The notes beneath the pieces were generated by a model. The model saw only the letters and a list, made by a program, of their open reading frames with translations. It did not search any database and was not told the DNA's origin. Both the position numbers and the translations under genes were made by a program. A DNA stretch of 64,000 nt from an uncultured Gemmatimonadales bacterium (GTDB lineage: Bacteria; Gemmatimonadota; Gemmatimonadetes; Gemmatimonadales; Gemmatimonadaceae), in assembly GCA_963850905.1 (NCBI GenBank), contig CAWKMU010000003.1, forward strand, positions 192,001 to 256,000, read 5' to 3'. Numbering within the stretch: position 1 is the stretch's first letter; every line of letters begins with the position of its first letter. This document shows positions 46,514 to 59,307 of the stretch, in pieces.

Positions 46514-47080
46514 ATGCCGTCAGCGCCAAAGACAGTCCTGCTCGTTGAGGACAACGAGGACAATCGAATCGTCTACTCGACCATCCTTCGCCATTTCGGG
46601 TATCGGGTGATGGAGGCCCTGAATGGTGAGGAGGGCATCGCGACCGCCCGCAGCGAGAAGCCCGACCTCATCCTGATGGACATCTCGATTCCCATCATTG
46701 ATGGGTGGGAAGCGACGCAAGTTCTCAAGCACGATCCAGAAACCCGCCACATTCCCATCATCGCCCTGACAGCGCACGCCTTGGCATCAGATCGTGAGCG
46801 CGCGATGCAAGTCGGGTGTGATGGGTACTTGGCCAAGCCCTGTGAGCCGCGAGCAGTCGTGGCCGAGGTTCAGCGGTTCCTGGGCCAACCGTCGGGACTG
46901 GACGGCACCAGTTCGCCTGCAGCGGCGGACCCGTCGACGACTGGTGATCCATCGACCGCCGCGAAGAACACCACGAGAAATCCAGGTGGGTCAGACCGAG
47001 GACGCGCCAACGGCGTCGCCACCGCGGGCGCCGGCGGCGGACTTGAAGGTTCGACGGGAAAGGTCGCGCGCGGCAACTAG
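46514..47080 (+). CDS. single-domain response regulator (DivK-like)
   Basis: VLLVEDN, PDLILMD, IPIIALTAHA, GCDGYLAKP; low-complexity tail. Confidence 0.9.
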   Translation: MPSAPKTVLLVEDNEDNRIVYSTILRHFGYRVMEALNGEEGIATARSEKPDLILMDISIPIIDGWEATQVLKHDPETRHIPIIALTAHALASDRERAMQVGCDGYLAKPCEPRAVVAEVQRFLGQPSGLDGTSSPAAADPSTTGDPSTAAKNTTRNPGGSDRGRANGVATAGAGGGLEGSTGKVARGN

Positions 47081-47229
47081 CACGGAACGAAACACCCGCT
47101 TGGCACTGAAGGTCCGAATGTCCCCGATCGCGCTGAAGCCGTTTGGGGCCTGCGGCGCCAAGCGAGCGGCAGACACAGGGCTGGCTATGGATCATTTGAC
47201 ACCGCTCAGCTGGGAGCAGCAGACCTCCG

Positions 47230-48417
47230 ATGCATGAACGACCGACACGGCGGAACGCGCGCATCTTGATCGTCGACGATCACGCCGACAACGTCGTCAT
47301 CCTCCGCGATCGGTTGAGGTCGCGCGGGTATACGACGCTCGAAGCTCACGACGGTGAGGAGGCGCTGCGAGCGGTCGGTATGTTCGACGACCCACTGCCC
47401 CCTGGCACGCCACTGCCGGACCTCATTCTGCTCGACGTCATGCTCCCGCGACTGGATGGCTTCGAGGTCGCGCGTCGCGTCAAGGCGAATCCGGAGCTGC
47501 CGTTCATTCCGATCATCATCCAGACAGCGCTCGACACGACCGAAGACATGGTCGTCGGCCTCGACGCCGGCGCGGACGACTACATCACGAAGCCAATCAA
47601 CTTTGCCGAGCTGGAAGCGCGCATGCGGTCGCTGCTGCGCATCAAGTCGCTCCAGGAGCAGGTTGAGCGGCAGAAGGCCGATTTGTCGGCGATCAATGAT
47701 CAGTTGGTTCGGATCGCCCGCACGGACGGGTTGACGGGAATCGACAACCGCCGGCGTCTGGAAGAGCGGCTCGATGAGGCATTCGAGCATTCGCGCCGTT
47801 TCGAGGAGCCATTTGCCTGCGTGATGTGCGATCTGGATCGCTTCAAGAGCGTCAACGATACGTACGGTCACCAGGCGGGTGACGCCATCCTGCGCCAGCT
47901 CGCGCAGCTGCTGCGCGAGCAAGCCCGGGAGATCGATCGTGTCGGCCGGTATGGCGGGGAGGAGTTCATGCTGGTGCTTCCCGGGGCGTCGACGGACGCC
48001 GCAGTCGCTTTCGCCGAAAGGGTGCGCAAAGCGGTCGAGGGGCGTACATTCTCCTTCGCCGGAACGGTCATCCGCCGCACGATTAGTTGCGGTGTGGCGG
48101 CGTGGCCGCATCCAGCGATCGCCGACGTCGCCGCGTTGGTGCGGGCGGCGGATGACGCGCTGTACACCGCCAAGGCTCGGGGCCGCAATCGGGTCGTTCG
48201 GTTCGAGACGGGCGTCGGCGCATCAACGGCGGTGGACGACCCGATCGCAGAGCAAGAGCCGGACAACCCTCCTTACGACCTACAGGCGAGTGATGGAGAG
48301 CAGCGAGCCAGCGTCGGCACCACCACCCATACACCCCAGCACGCCGTCGGAGGTGGACCCCGCGGCGGAGCTGTCCGAGCTCCGGACGAAGATCGAGGAG
48401 CTGCGCCGCGAGCGTGA
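47230..48417 (+). CDS. response-regulator diguanylate cyclase (REC-GGDEF)
   Basis: ILIVDD, LLDVM, TDGLTG, DLDRFKSVND, RxxD I-site (REID) and GGEEF. Confidence 0.95.
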   Translation: MHERPTRRNARILIVDDHADNVVILRDRLRSRGYTTLEAHDGEEALRAVGMFDDPLPPGTPLPDLILLDVMLPRLDGFEVARRVKANPELPFIPIIIQTALDTTEDMVVGLDAGADDYITKPINFAELEARMRSLLRIKSLQEQVERQKADLSAINDQLVRIARTDGLTGIDNRRRLEERLDEAFEHSRRFEEPFACVMCDLDRFKSVNDTYGHQAGDAILRQLAQLLREQAREIDRVGRYGGEEFMLVLPGASTDAAVAFAERVRKAVEGRTFSFAGTVIRRTISCGVAAWPHPAIADVAALVRAADDALYTAKARGRNRVVRFETGVGASTAVDDPIAEQEPDNPPYDLQASDGEQRASVGTTTHTPQHAVGGGPRGGAVRAPDEDRGAAPRA

Positions 48418-49120
48418 TCACCTGGTCACCCTCGTCGACATCCTGCAAGAGATCTCAGGCTCGCTCCACTTCAGCGACATCCTGCAGACGATCGCCCGCA
48501 AGCTCGGCGAGACGTTTGGACTGGATCGCAGCTCGATCTTCCTGACGGGCGAGCCGGCCGACGTTCGACTCGTCGCGAGCTACGAGGACCCGACGATCCG
48601 CAACGTCGTGGTCGACCTCACCCGCTATCCTGAGCTCCAGCGCGCCTTCGAGTCCGGCGAGACCGTCTTCATCCCCGACGCGAGCACCGAGCCGATGCTT
48701 CGCGACGTCCGTGCGCAACTCGATATGCGCAACGTGCGCGCGATCGTCGTCGCGCCCATCCGGTGGCGCGGATCGGTCATCGGCGCGATTTTCCTTCGCA
48801 TCGGGCGCGACGCGGCGCCGTTCTCGGACAGCGATGTCCGCTTCTGCCAGGTCGTCGCCTCGCTCACTGCCAAGGCGCTCCGCAATGCGCACCGCTTCGA
48901 CGCGATGGTGCGCGCGACGCAGGATTCGACCCAGGCACAACGTCGCTCCGAGCTCCAGCGCATCGCACTCATTGCGTTCGTGCGGCGGTTGCTGGACCGC
49001 TACGCGAAGACCGAAGACCACATGTGGGCCGAGACATTGTTGGCGAAGGAGTCCGATGAGGAGCTCGAGCGCCTAGTCTCCGTCACCATGCAGGTGATGT
49101 CGGAAGAAGCCAAGGGGTAG
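48293..49120 (+). CDS. GAF domain protein with coiled-coil flanks, no output domain
   Basis: Coiled coil, then ILQTIARKL...IVVAPIRWRGSVIGAI...FSDSDVRF. Confidence 0.8.
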   Translation: MESSEPASAPPPIHPSTPSEVDPAAELSELRTKIEELRRERDHLVTLVDILQEISGSLHFSDILQTIARKLGETFGLDRSSIFLTGEPADVRLVASYEDPTIRNVVVDLTRYPELQRAFESGETVFIPDASTEPMLRDVRAQLDMRNVRAIVVAPIRWRGSVIGAIFLRIGRDAAPFSDSDVRFCQVVASLTAKALRNAHRFDAMVRATQDSTQAQRRSELQRIALIAFVRRLLDRYAKTEDHMWAETLLAKESDEELERLVSVTMQVMSEEAKG

Positions 49121-51213
<2,093 letters not shown>

Positions 51214-51218
<5 letters not shown>

Positions 51219-51659
51219 GAAAATGGGACAAGCACCAACTCACACCGTTCGCACCACTTCGTGAATGGGCTGGTAGGGGCGACGCAATGCGTCGCCCTCC
51301 GTCACCGCCCCTAACGGGGTTAGCTCTAGGAAAATGGGACCGGCACCAACTCACACCGTTCGCACCACTTCGTGAATGGGCTGGTAGGGGCGACGCAATG
51401 CGTCGCCCTCCGTCACCGCCCCTAACGGGGTTAGCTCTAGGAAAATGGGACCGGCACCAACTCACACCGTTCGCACCACTTCGTGAATGGGCTGGTAGGG
51501 GCGACGCAATGCGTCGCCCTCCGTCACCGCCCCTAACGGGGTTAGCTCTAGGAAAATGGGACCGGCACCAACTCACACCGTCCGCACCGCATTGTGAATG
51601 GGCTGGTAGGGGCGACGCAATGCGTCGCCCTGCGTCACCGCCCCTAACGGGTTTAGGAA
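51214..51659 (+). repeat. 4 x 111-bp tandem array, each unit containing a REP (BIME-like)
   Basis: Units start at 51214, 51325, 51436 and 51547; near-identical; each has GTAGGGGCGACGCAATGCGTCGCCC and CTAACGGG(G/T)TTAG. Confidence 0.95.
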
Positions 51660-51660
51660 C

Positions 51661-52212
51661 ATGGCACATTCAATCGACCTCGCGAACCACCAGATGGTGG
51701 CGCTCACCCGGGCCTCGTTGGCGACGCTCCGGGCAGCCCTCGTTCGAGACGCCGGCCCGGCTGCCGCGACGTATCTGCAGGAGGCGGGATACGCCGGCGG
51801 GGAGACGCTGTTCGCCTCGTTCGCCGCATGGCTGCTGGACCGGGGAATCGACGAACCGGAGGCTTTGGATGTGGCGACGTTCGAGCAGCGAGCCTCGGAA
51901 TACTTCCGGGAAGCCGGCTGGGGCTCACTGACGATCGGCACTCTGCACGACGCCGTGGCCACGCTCGACTCCGAGGACTGGGGCGAGGCTGACCCCTCCA
52001 GCGCCCTGGATCACCCCGGCTGCCACCTCACGACCGGCATGTTCGCCGACTTCTTCGGCCGGATCGCCGACCATCCAGTCGCCGTGCTCGAAGTCGAATG
52101 CCGGTCCGCCGGCGATGCGCGCTGCCGCTTTCTCGTCGGTAGCGCCGAGGTCATGACGCACGTCTACGAGGCTATGGGCCATGGCGTGGCGTACGACGCG
52201 GCTGTGGGGTAA
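51661..52212 (+). CDS. stand-alone V4R domain protein
   Basis: AGWG, GCHLTTGMFADFF, EVECRSAGDARCRF. Confidence 0.85.
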   Translation: MAHSIDLANHQMVALTRASLATLRAALVRDAGPAAATYLQEAGYAGGETLFASFAAWLLDRGIDEPEALDVATFEQRASEYFREAGWGSLTIGTLHDAVATLDSEDWGEADPSSALDHPGCHLTTGMFADFFGRIADHPVAVLEVECRSAGDARCRFLVGSAEVMTHVYEAMGHGVAYDAAVG

Positions 52213-52217
52213 GCCTG

Positions 52218-52372
52218 AACTGCGGGGCGGGGATCAGGGGTCAGGTCGGGGAACAAATCGAAAGGCCGGTCGCGGTACACAGCAACTGGCCTTGGACCGG
52301 TAGGGGCGACGCATTGCGTCGCCCGTTGTTTTCGTGCCGGTTGTCGTTACCCCAAACCCCAGACCCCAAACC
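52218..52372. repeat. composite heptamer-arm element enclosing a REP
   Basis: AACTGCGGGG...GGGGTCAGGTCGGGGAACAAA; REP at 52300-52324; right arm ACCCCAAACCCCAGACCCCAAACCC. Confidence 0.8.
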
Positions 52373-52378
52373 CGCCCT

Positions 52379-52915
52379 TCAGCCCTCACCCGGACTGTCG
52401 AGCCCCTCGTACATCGGGTTAGCCACCAGCTCCCCCTCGACCAGCACCTCCCGGTCCCACGGAAGCACGATCGTGCTTTCCGTCGCGAGGGCGTAGAAAT
52501 CCGGTTCGAAGGCGCCGGTCTTGAAGCACACCGCGGTCCGCACCTGCGCGGCGCCCGCATTGACGATCGCGGCGACCGCCAGCCGCATGGTCGCGCCTGA
52601 GTCGCAAGTTTCGTCGACGATGAGCACGCGCCGCTCGCGCACGTCGGAGGGCGCCTCGCCAAGCACCGCCGGCGTCTCCCGTACGCGATCTGCTCGAAGC
52701 CGGCGACTCACCATGATCGAGTGGAATTCGCGGTCGAGAATGGCCGACACGACCGCCGCGGGGACCACCCCGGCAGTCGCGATCCCGACCACGAGCTCGG
52801 GGTCATAGGCTCGGGCGACCCTGAGCGCCAGCGCACGCGATAGCTCGCCGAAGAGCGGCCATTCGATGTGCATGACACCCTTTGTGTGGTCGACGACATA
52901 GCGGCGCGGTGACAT
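52379..52915 (-). CDS. type I phosphoribosyltransferase
   Basis: PRPP-binding VLIVDETCDSGAT; LPWD. Confidence 0.88.
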   Translation of the reverse strand: MSPRRYVVDHTKGVMHIEWPLFGELSRALALRVARAYDPELVVGIATAGVVPAAVVSAILDREFHSIMVSRRLRADRVRETPAVLGEAPSDVRERRVLIVDETCDSGATMRLAVAAIVNAGAAQVRTAVCFKTGAFEPDFYALATESTIVLPWDREVLVEGELVANPMYEGLDSPGEG

Positions 52916-52977
52916 GGGCCAAAGCTATGCCCCACGTCGGTTGCTCGGGAGTGGCCAGACGCCTACCTTATCGCCGT

Positions 52978-53490
52978 ATGTCGTGGCTCCGCCGCCTCCT
53001 AGGCGGCCCGTCCGATCACGAGGTGAAGCCGCAGCGGCTCGATTACCTCAGTGAAGCGCTGACGCTGGAGCGCCAGGGCGACTACGACGCCGCTCTTACC
53101 TCCTACAAACTGGCCTTGCGGGACCAACCAAACGATCACCGTGTACTGCAAAACATGGCGATCGCCTACTCGAAGACCGGGCGCCACGAAGAGGCCGTGC
53201 GCTGTTATCGGCGTGCGCTCGACCTCCAGCCGCAGCTCTCGGGCGCCCACTATGGTCTCGCCTTTCTCCTGCTGAAACGCGGCGACCCGCGCGGGGCGCA
53301 GCTGCACCTGGAGCAGTTCCTGGCCGCACCCCCAAAGAGTGCGGAGGCGGACCGATGGGTTCGGCACGCCCGACAGGCACTCGACCAACTACGAGCCGGC
53401 GGCGAGGTAAGCGACCCCGACAACCGGCGCACCATTCTCGATGACCGCGACCTCAGCGACGGCAACGCCGCCTTCGACGCCAGTCTCTAG
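52978..53490 (+). CDS. tetratricopeptide repeat protein
   Basis: Three TPR units (GDYDAALTSY, GRHEEAVRCY, GDPRGA). Confidence 0.85.
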   Translation: MSWLRRLLGGPSDHEVKPQRLDYLSEALTLERQGDYDAALTSYKLALRDQPNDHRVLQNMAIAYSKTGRHEEAVRCYRRALDLQPQLSGAHYGLAFLLLKRGDPRGAQLHLEQFLAAPPKSAEADRWVRHARQALDQLRAGGEVSDPDNRRTILDDRDLSDGNAAFDASL

Positions 53491-54277
53491 CCCCCCGGCG
53501 CCGCGGCGGCTCGGCCAGGTCGTCTCGGTCGTCAGCCAGAAGGGGGGCGTCGGGAAAACCACGACCGCCGTCAATCTCGCGGCCGCGTTCGCGCTACGCG
53601 GGCTGCGGACGCTGTTGGTCGATGTGGACCCGCAAGGCTCCGTCAGGTACGGCGCGGGCCTCCGCCGCGGCCACGCCACGCGCGGCTTCTTCGACTACCT
53701 CGTCGGACAGACCGGCCTCCGCGAAATCATCTTGCCGACGCAGATCCCGTGGCTCCGCGTGTTGCTCGTCGGCACCGTGACCGAGGAGGCGAGCCACACC
53801 GGCTACCAGGCCCTCGTGTCCGACACCGACATCCTGCACGAGTTGTTGGACGAGGCCCGCGCACGCTGCGATGTGGTCATCGTCGACACACCGCCGGGGC
53901 TGGGGTCCGTCGTGCGCCGCACGCTCGAGGCGAGCCAACACGTGCTCATCCCGCTGCAATGCGAGCCATTGGCGCTGCACACGACGCCGCAGATTCTGCG
54001 TGCGATTCAGGCCATCGTCGCGACCAACTCCGAGCTCACCCTCGACGGAATCCTCTTGACGATGTACGAGCCGTCGAATCCGGCGTGCATCCGCGTCGCG
54101 CAATACGTCCGCACGCACCTGCCGTCGGACATGGTCCTCGAGATCGTCGTGCCGCGCAGCTCGGCAACAGCTGACGCCTTCGCCGCCGGGCAGCCAGTCG
54201 TGATTCGCGATCCCGCAGATCCGGCCGCACAGGCGTACGTCAAGCTCGCGACGCTGCTGGCGGAGCGCTTTCAGTGA
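53441..54277 (+). CDS. ParA/Soj family ATPase (no adjacent parB)
   Basis: QKGGVGKTT, DVDPQGS, VDTPP, PLQCE. Confidence 0.92.
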   Translation: MTATSATATPPSTPVSSPPAPRRLGQVVSVVSQKGGVGKTTTAVNLAAAFALRGLRTLLVDVDPQGSVRYGAGLRRGHATRGFFDYLVGQTGLREIILPTQIPWLRVLLVGTVTEEASHTGYQALVSDTDILHELLDEARARCDVVIVDTPPGLGSVVRRTLEASQHVLIPLQCEPLALHTTPQILRAIQAIVATNSELTLDGILLTMYEPSNPACIRVAQYVRTHLPSDMVLEIVVPRSSATADAFAAGQPVVIRDPADPAAQAYVKLATLLAERFQ

Positions 54278-55170
54278 GGGCGCCGGCCCTCTGCGGCCGG
54301 CGTCTCGCCCTGGCGGCAACCCTCGCTGTCTCGGCGACGCTCGCCGCAGCGTGCGCCGACGTCCCCACCGATCCGACACTCGTGTTTTCCATGTCGATCG
54401 ATTCGGCGCCGAGCCCATCGGTCGTGGCGGGCGACACGCTGCGCGACACCAACGGCGTCGTGAAACCGCTGACGGGAGAGGCCTTCAACCTCCAGGGAAA
54501 ACTCCTCCCCAACGTCCCGGTCCGCTTTACCACGCTCACCCCCAGCCAGCTCACGATCAACACGTCCAACTTCGCGATCGGGGTGCGCGGCGCAGACAGC
54601 GTCGCACGGCTCGTCGCCACTGCACAGAGTCTGCAGTCCCTGCCGTTCCTGCTTCCCGTCGTGCTCCGGCCTGATAGCATTTTGTATGCGGACAGCGACT
54701 CCATCACGACCATGGCGCTCTCGCTGACGAGCCCCGATACCACGTCGGCGGGCCTCGACATCGTGCTCAGACACATTCCCGATTCGCTCAACGGGGATTC
54801 CGTCACGCGCACCTATATCGTCCACTACCGGATCATCTATCCCGCGAGCGCCGCGAAGGGCACCGGCACGCCCAGCGACACCACGCTGTTCGCGTACCTG
54901 GTCGATGGCAGCGGCAACCCGTCGCGCACTGACACGACGGACGTCAATGGCCTCGGGACGAGAAGCATCGTGTTCGCCGTCGGCAGGATCAAACCCAACA
55001 CCAAGGATTCGGTGGTCGCTGTCGCGACCGCGATGTACCGGACCACACCGGTTGGCAACAGTCCGCTGCGATTCGTCATACACTACACTGCCCCCAGTCT
55101 CTCCAGCGACGTGAATCGATCGTCGGCCATCTCTCCCTGCTCCGGGCGTCTCTGCAATGGCCACCACTAG
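54274..55170 (+). CDS. putative lipoprotein (beta-rich)
   Basis: Signal peptide with lipobox LAAAC; Thr/Ser-rich. Confidence 0.7.
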   Translation: MRAPALCGRRLALAATLAVSATLAAACADVPTDPTLVFSMSIDSAPSPSVVAGDTLRDTNGVVKPLTGEAFNLQGKLLPNVPVRFTTLTPSQLTINTSNFAIGVRGADSVARLVATAQSLQSLPFLLPVVLRPDSILYADSDSITTMALSLTSPDTTSAGLDIVLRHIPDSLNGDSVTRTYIVHYRIIYPASAAKGTGTPSDTTLFAYLVDGSGNPSRTDTTDVNGLGTRSIVFAVGRIKPNTKDSVVAVATAMYRTTPVGNSPLRFVIHYTAPSLSSDVNRSSAISPCSGRLCNGHH

Positions 55171-57019
55171 CGCCGCCGCGTCGGCCCCGCTCGCGGCCAC
55201 TGTCACACGCGACGCATCCGGGCCAAAGCCGCGCCCGGCGCCGGGGACGCTCACGCAGCTGTTTTACGAGGCGGTCGAGCGCTACGACAAACCCGACGCA
55301 CTGCAATACAAGCGCGACGGGAAGTACCGGCCAGTCTCCCACCGCGACCTCCTGACCCGCGTCCGCCACGCCGGGCAGGGCCTCCTGCAGCAAGGCATCA
55401 GCCCCGGCGACCGCGTCGCCATCCTGTCCGAGAATCGTCCGGAATGGGCAGTCGCGGACTATGCGTGTCTCACGGTCGGCATAACCGACGTGCCGTTGTA
55501 TCCCACTCTGCCGGCACAGCAATTGGTCTTCATGCTGCGCGACTCCGGTGCGACGGCCGTTTTCGTCTCGACGAGTGTGCAGGCGGCCAAGATCGGGGAG
55601 GTCCGCTCGCAGCTCCCGGCGCTGCGCCTCGTGATCTCGTTCGACGAGGAACCGCTCCCCGGCGTCGACCTGACGATGAGTGAGCTCGAGTCCGTTGGCG
55701 CAGGAGACGACGGCATGGGTGCTGCGCAGCGGTATCGCGATCGCGCACTGGCCGTTCGACCGGACGACCTCGCGACCATCATCTACACCTCCGGCACGAC
55801 GGGCGAGCCTAAAGGGGTCATGCTGACCCACGACAACATCTACTCCAACGTCGCCGCCGCGCGCACGGTGCTGCCATTTGTCGGCAATGATGTGTCGCTC
55901 TGCTTCCTGCCCTTGTCGCACATCTTCGGCCGCATGGCGGACCATTATCTCATGTTCGCCGTCGGGGCATCGATCGCCTATGTCGAATCGATCGATTCGC
56001 TGATCGTGAATCTGGGCGAAGTGCGCCCGACCTTCGTGCTGGCCGTGCCCCGTGTGTACGAGAAGGTCTACGCCGGCGTGCTCGAGCAAGCGCATCGCTC
56101 GCCCACGAAATGGCGCTTGTTCAATTGGGCCGTGGCCACCGGCGGCGCATGGGCCGACGCGCGACTCGCCGGCCGGCCGGTCGACGGCTGGCTCGCATTG
56201 CGCTACGCCGTCGCCCAACGCCTCGTGTTCGGACGACTCCGCTCGCGCTTCGGCGGCCGGCTCCGTTTCTTTGTATCCGGCGGTGCGCCACTCGCGCCCG
56301 ACATCAACCGTTTCTTCTACGCGGCGGGGCTGACAGTCCTCGAGGGATACGGCCTGACCGAGACGAGTCCCGTCATCGCGGTCAATACGCCCGAGCACTT
56401 CCGGATCGGCACCGTGGGCCGCCCCATCGCCGGGGTCGAGGTACACATCGCCGACGATGGCGAGATCCTCACGCGTGGGCCCAACGTAATGCGCGGGTAC
56501 TTCAACAAGCCCGACGAGACTCGTGCCGCGATCGACGCCGAAGGTTGGTTCCACACCGGTGACATCGGCGAGATCCACGATGGATTCTTGGCGATCACCG
56601 ATCGCAAGAAGGATCTCATCAAGACCGCCGGCGGCAAGTTCATCGCGCCCGCACCGCTCGAGAACCGCGTCCAGGCGAGCCCGTTCGTCGCGCAGGTCGT
56701 CCTGATCGGCGACCGCCGCAAGTACAGCGTGCTCCTCGTGGTGCCGAACTTCACGCATCTCGAGCGCTGGGCCAAGACCAGTAACCTCATGTGGACCACG
56801 CGAGCCGACCTCATCGCACTCCCCGCCGTCCAGCAGAAAATGGAACAAGAGACGCTGGGCCGACTGACCGGTCTGGCCAGCTTCGAGACGCCGAAGCGCG
56901 TCGGACTCCTGGAGCACGAGCTGTCGATCGACGCCGGCGAGCTGACGCCCACCCTCAAGGTGAAACGCCGCGTCATCGACGAGAAATACCGCGCGCTGAT
57001 CGATTCGCTTTTCGTCTAA
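55157..57019 (+). CDS. long-chain-fatty-acid--CoA ligase
   Basis: YTSGTTGEPKG, EGYGLTE, FHTGDIG, ELTPTLK. Confidence 0.95.
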   Translation: MATTSAAASAPLAATVTRDASGPKPRPAPGTLTQLFYEAVERYDKPDALQYKRDGKYRPVSHRDLLTRVRHAGQGLLQQGISPGDRVAILSENRPEWAVADYACLTVGITDVPLYPTLPAQQLVFMLRDSGATAVFVSTSVQAAKIGEVRSQLPALRLVISFDEEPLPGVDLTMSELESVGAGDDGMGAAQRYRDRALAVRPDDLATIIYTSGTTGEPKGVMLTHDNIYSNVAAARTVLPFVGNDVSLCFLPLSHIFGRMADHYLMFAVGASIAYVESIDSLIVNLGEVRPTFVLAVPRVYEKVYAGVLEQAHRSPTKWRLFNWAVATGGAWADARLAGRPVDGWLALRYAVAQRLVFGRLRSRFGGRLRFFVSGGAPLAPDINRFFYAAGLTVLEGYGLTETSPVIAVNTPEHFRIGTVGRPIAGVEVHIADDGEILTRGPNVMRGYFNKPDETRAAIDAEGWFHTGDIGEIHDGFLAITDRKKDLIKTAGGKFIAPAPLENRVQASPFVAQVVLIGDRRKYSVLLVVPNFTHLERWAKTSNLMWTTRADLIALPAVQQKMEQETLGRLTGLASFETPKRVGLLEHELSIDAGELTPTLKVKRRVIDEKYRALIDSLFV

Positions 57020-57102
57020 CGTCCAACGTCTTGCGCTTAGCATCTAGCGTCTAGCATCTAGCGTCCAGCGTCCAGCGTCCAGCGTCCAGCGTCTAGCCTC
57101 TA
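57014..57102. repeat. about 12 tandem heptamers (TC(C/T)A(G/A)CG-like) filling the gap between convergent genes
   Basis: TCTAACG TCCAACG ... TCTAGCG TCCAGCG x4 TCTAGCC; both stop codons lie in terminal heptamers. Confidence 0.9.
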
Positions 57103-57736
57103 AGCCCTCCGCAACATCACCGGCGCCTGGTCGAACTCCGCCACTCGTTCCGCCACCCACACCTCCGTGTCACGCGCCAGCTCTCGCATGCCCTGTGGCA
57201 CAGCAGCCGACACGGGCGCGATGAGACGTCCGCCAACGCGGAGTGCACCGGCGATACCGCCGGCGGCCGATCCCGTCTCCGCATCGAGCATCACACCACG
57301 GAGGACACCAGCCGCGAATGGCGAAGCCTCGGCATACATCGGCGTTACGTCATTCCACCCCGCGATCGCGCCCGGCGGGTTCAACAGCACGACCGAGACA
57401 TCGGCCTGCTCGGAGAGCGCCTGAGCCAGCGCACCCTCGACCCCGCCGAGGACGACGATGCCTCCGGGATCGACGAGACCCAGGAGTGCCGCCGCGCGAA
57501 GCACCGCCTCCGCTGACCGCGATTGAGCAGGCGGCCGCGCGCGACAATGGTCTCGCTGCTCCGGCTCGAAGACGATGCCGCCCTGGTCGATCTCAAATCG
57601 CGCGTCGCAGATCGGGCAGGCGAGTATGCCGTACTCGACCGAGCCCCCCGTAGCAGTCCGATCGACCGTGGCGACCAACGCGCTCGACTCGTGCGAGCGC
57701 GGACACCGCAGCACATCTGACCAGGGCGAGGTGCAC
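57100..57736 (-). CDS. hypothetical protein: Trm112-like N-terminal Zn motif plus degenerate methyltransferase-like domain
   Basis: Reconstructed MHLALVDVLRCPRSHE...GILACPICDARFEI (one indel); ALRVGGRLI. Confidence 0.6.
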
Positions 57737-57746
57737 TGCGTGAGAC

Positions 57747-58514
57747 TCAGCTCGGAGACAGGCGGATCTCGTCGACACTCACGCGCGGCGGCCGCGTGAC
57801 GACGAAAAGGACCGCGTCGGCGACGTCGGCGGGGCTGAGCATCGCGTCGGCGGTCGGGAACGACGCCCGCGTTTCCGGTGCGAGCTCGTCCCACAACGTC
57901 GTGTCGACCGCACCGGGCGAAAGGAGGGTCGTCCGCACGCCTGTGGCGGCGAGCTCTGCGCGTAAGACTTCGTGCAACCCCCGCAGTCCGAACTTGCTGG
58001 CGGCGTATGCCCCGTTGCCGGGAAAAGCGACGTGATCGGCGATGGAGCCGAGTGTCACGACGTGCCCCCGACCGCGCTGACGCATGCCGGGAAGGAATGC
58101 GTGCACCAGCCGAAAGGGCACGGAGAGGTTGAGCGCGAGGAGACGATCGAATTGCTCCGGCGACGTGTCGGCGACTGGCGCGATCAGAAACGCACCGGCG
58201 TTGTTCACCAGCACGTCGGGCGCCCGACCGAATGCCTGCTGGGCCGCGTGCACGACGGCTTCGATGCTGCCGGGCGCGAGGAGATCCAGCGTGAGATCGA
58301 TGAGTCCGGGATCGGGACTCGTGACACCGCCGCGGGAGACCGCAAGCACACGAGCGCCCGCCGCGACGAGTGCACGCGCGACTGCGCGGCCGATACCTCG
58401 GGATGCGCCGGTAACAACGGCGGCGAGATCACGCAATGGAGCAACGGCTTCGAGCGGCGAGGCACGCCTCGCCCGTTCGCCGCCCGGTTTATCGGCCGCC
58501 AGGCCAGGGTCCAT
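57747..58514 (-). CDS. SDR family oxidoreductase
   Basis: [17 protein letters not shown]. Confidence 0.92.
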   Translation of the reverse strand: MDPGLAADKPGGERARRASPLEAVAPLRDLAAVVTGASRGIGRAVARALVAAGARVLAVSRGGVTSPDPGLIDLTLDLLAPGSIEAVVHAAQQAFGRAPDVLVNNAGAFLIAPVADTSPEQFDRLLALNLSVPFRLVHAFLPGMRQRGRGHVVTLGSIADHVAFPGNGAYAASKFGLRGLHEVLRAELAATGVRTTLLSPGAVDTTLWDELAPETRASFPTADAMLSPADVADAVLFVVTRPPRVSVDEIRLSPS

Positions 58515-59253
58515 ACGCGAGACGGAAGAATTCATCGCGTGTCTTGGCGTCCGAGCGGAACGTCCCACGCACGGCACTCGTGATCGTCTTCGAGTTCTGC
58601 TTCTCGACGCCGCGCATCATCATGCACAGATGCTGCGCCTCGATGACTACCCCGACGCCGTAAGGCTCGAGCACACTCTCGACCGCGCCGGCAATCTGCT
58701 CGGTCAATCGCTCCTGCACCTGCAGGCGACGCGCGAATACCTCGACCACACGCGGCAGTTTCGACAGCCCGACGATGCGCCCGCGTGGGAGATACGCGAT
58801 GTGCGCGCGGCCGAAGAAGGGAAGCATGTGATGCTCGCACAGGGAGTACAACTCAATGTCGCGCACCATGATCATGCTCTCGTGCTTCTCCTCGAAGACC
58901 GCATCGCCAATCACCTGCGCCGCATCGAGTCCATACCCGCGCGTCAGCCAGGTCAGCGACTTTGCGACCCGCGCCGGTGTCTTGAGAAGCGCCTCGCGAT
59001 CCGGATCCTCGCCCAAGAGCTCGATCTCGCGACGAACGACCGCCTCGAGCTCAGCCGCTCGGGTGCGATCAGCCGCCAGAAGCGTCTCCTCGTCCCGCGC
59101 CTCCACTTCCACGCGACCGGAAGCGACCTCGGCGGCCCGCACTCGCGCAGCGGTCGCTTTATCGACACTGCGGTTGGCGGTGCGAGTGCGACCGGTCCCG
59201 ACTGGAGCAGCCGGTCGACGGCCTGCCCCGTTGTCATCTCGCGAATTCGACAT
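58489..59253 (-). CDS. folE: GTP cyclohydrolase I
   Basis: [34 protein letters not shown]. Confidence 0.96.
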   Translation of the reverse strand: MSNSRDDNGAGRRPAAPVGTGRTRTANRSVDKATAARVRAAEVASGRVEVEARDEETLLAADRTRAAELEAVVRREIELLGEDPDREALLKTPARVAKSLTWLTRGYGLDAAQVIGDAVFEEKHESMIMVRDIELYSLCEHHMLPFFGRAHIAYLPRGRIVGLSKLPRVVEVFARRLQVQERLTEQIAGAVESVLEPYGVGVVIEAQHLCMMMRGVEKQNSKTITSAVRGTFRSDAKTRDEFFRLAYGPWPGGR

Positions 59254-59269
59254 GGTGACGTTCCATTGC

Positions 59270-59300
59270 AAAAGAGAAGGCCCCGCTACGCGGGGCCTTC
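59270..59300 (-). terminator. intrinsic terminator after 6S RNA
   Basis: GAAGGCCCCGC-GTA-GCGGGGCCTTC followed by TCTTTT. Confidence 0.8.
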
Positions 59301-59307
59301 GAAATTT

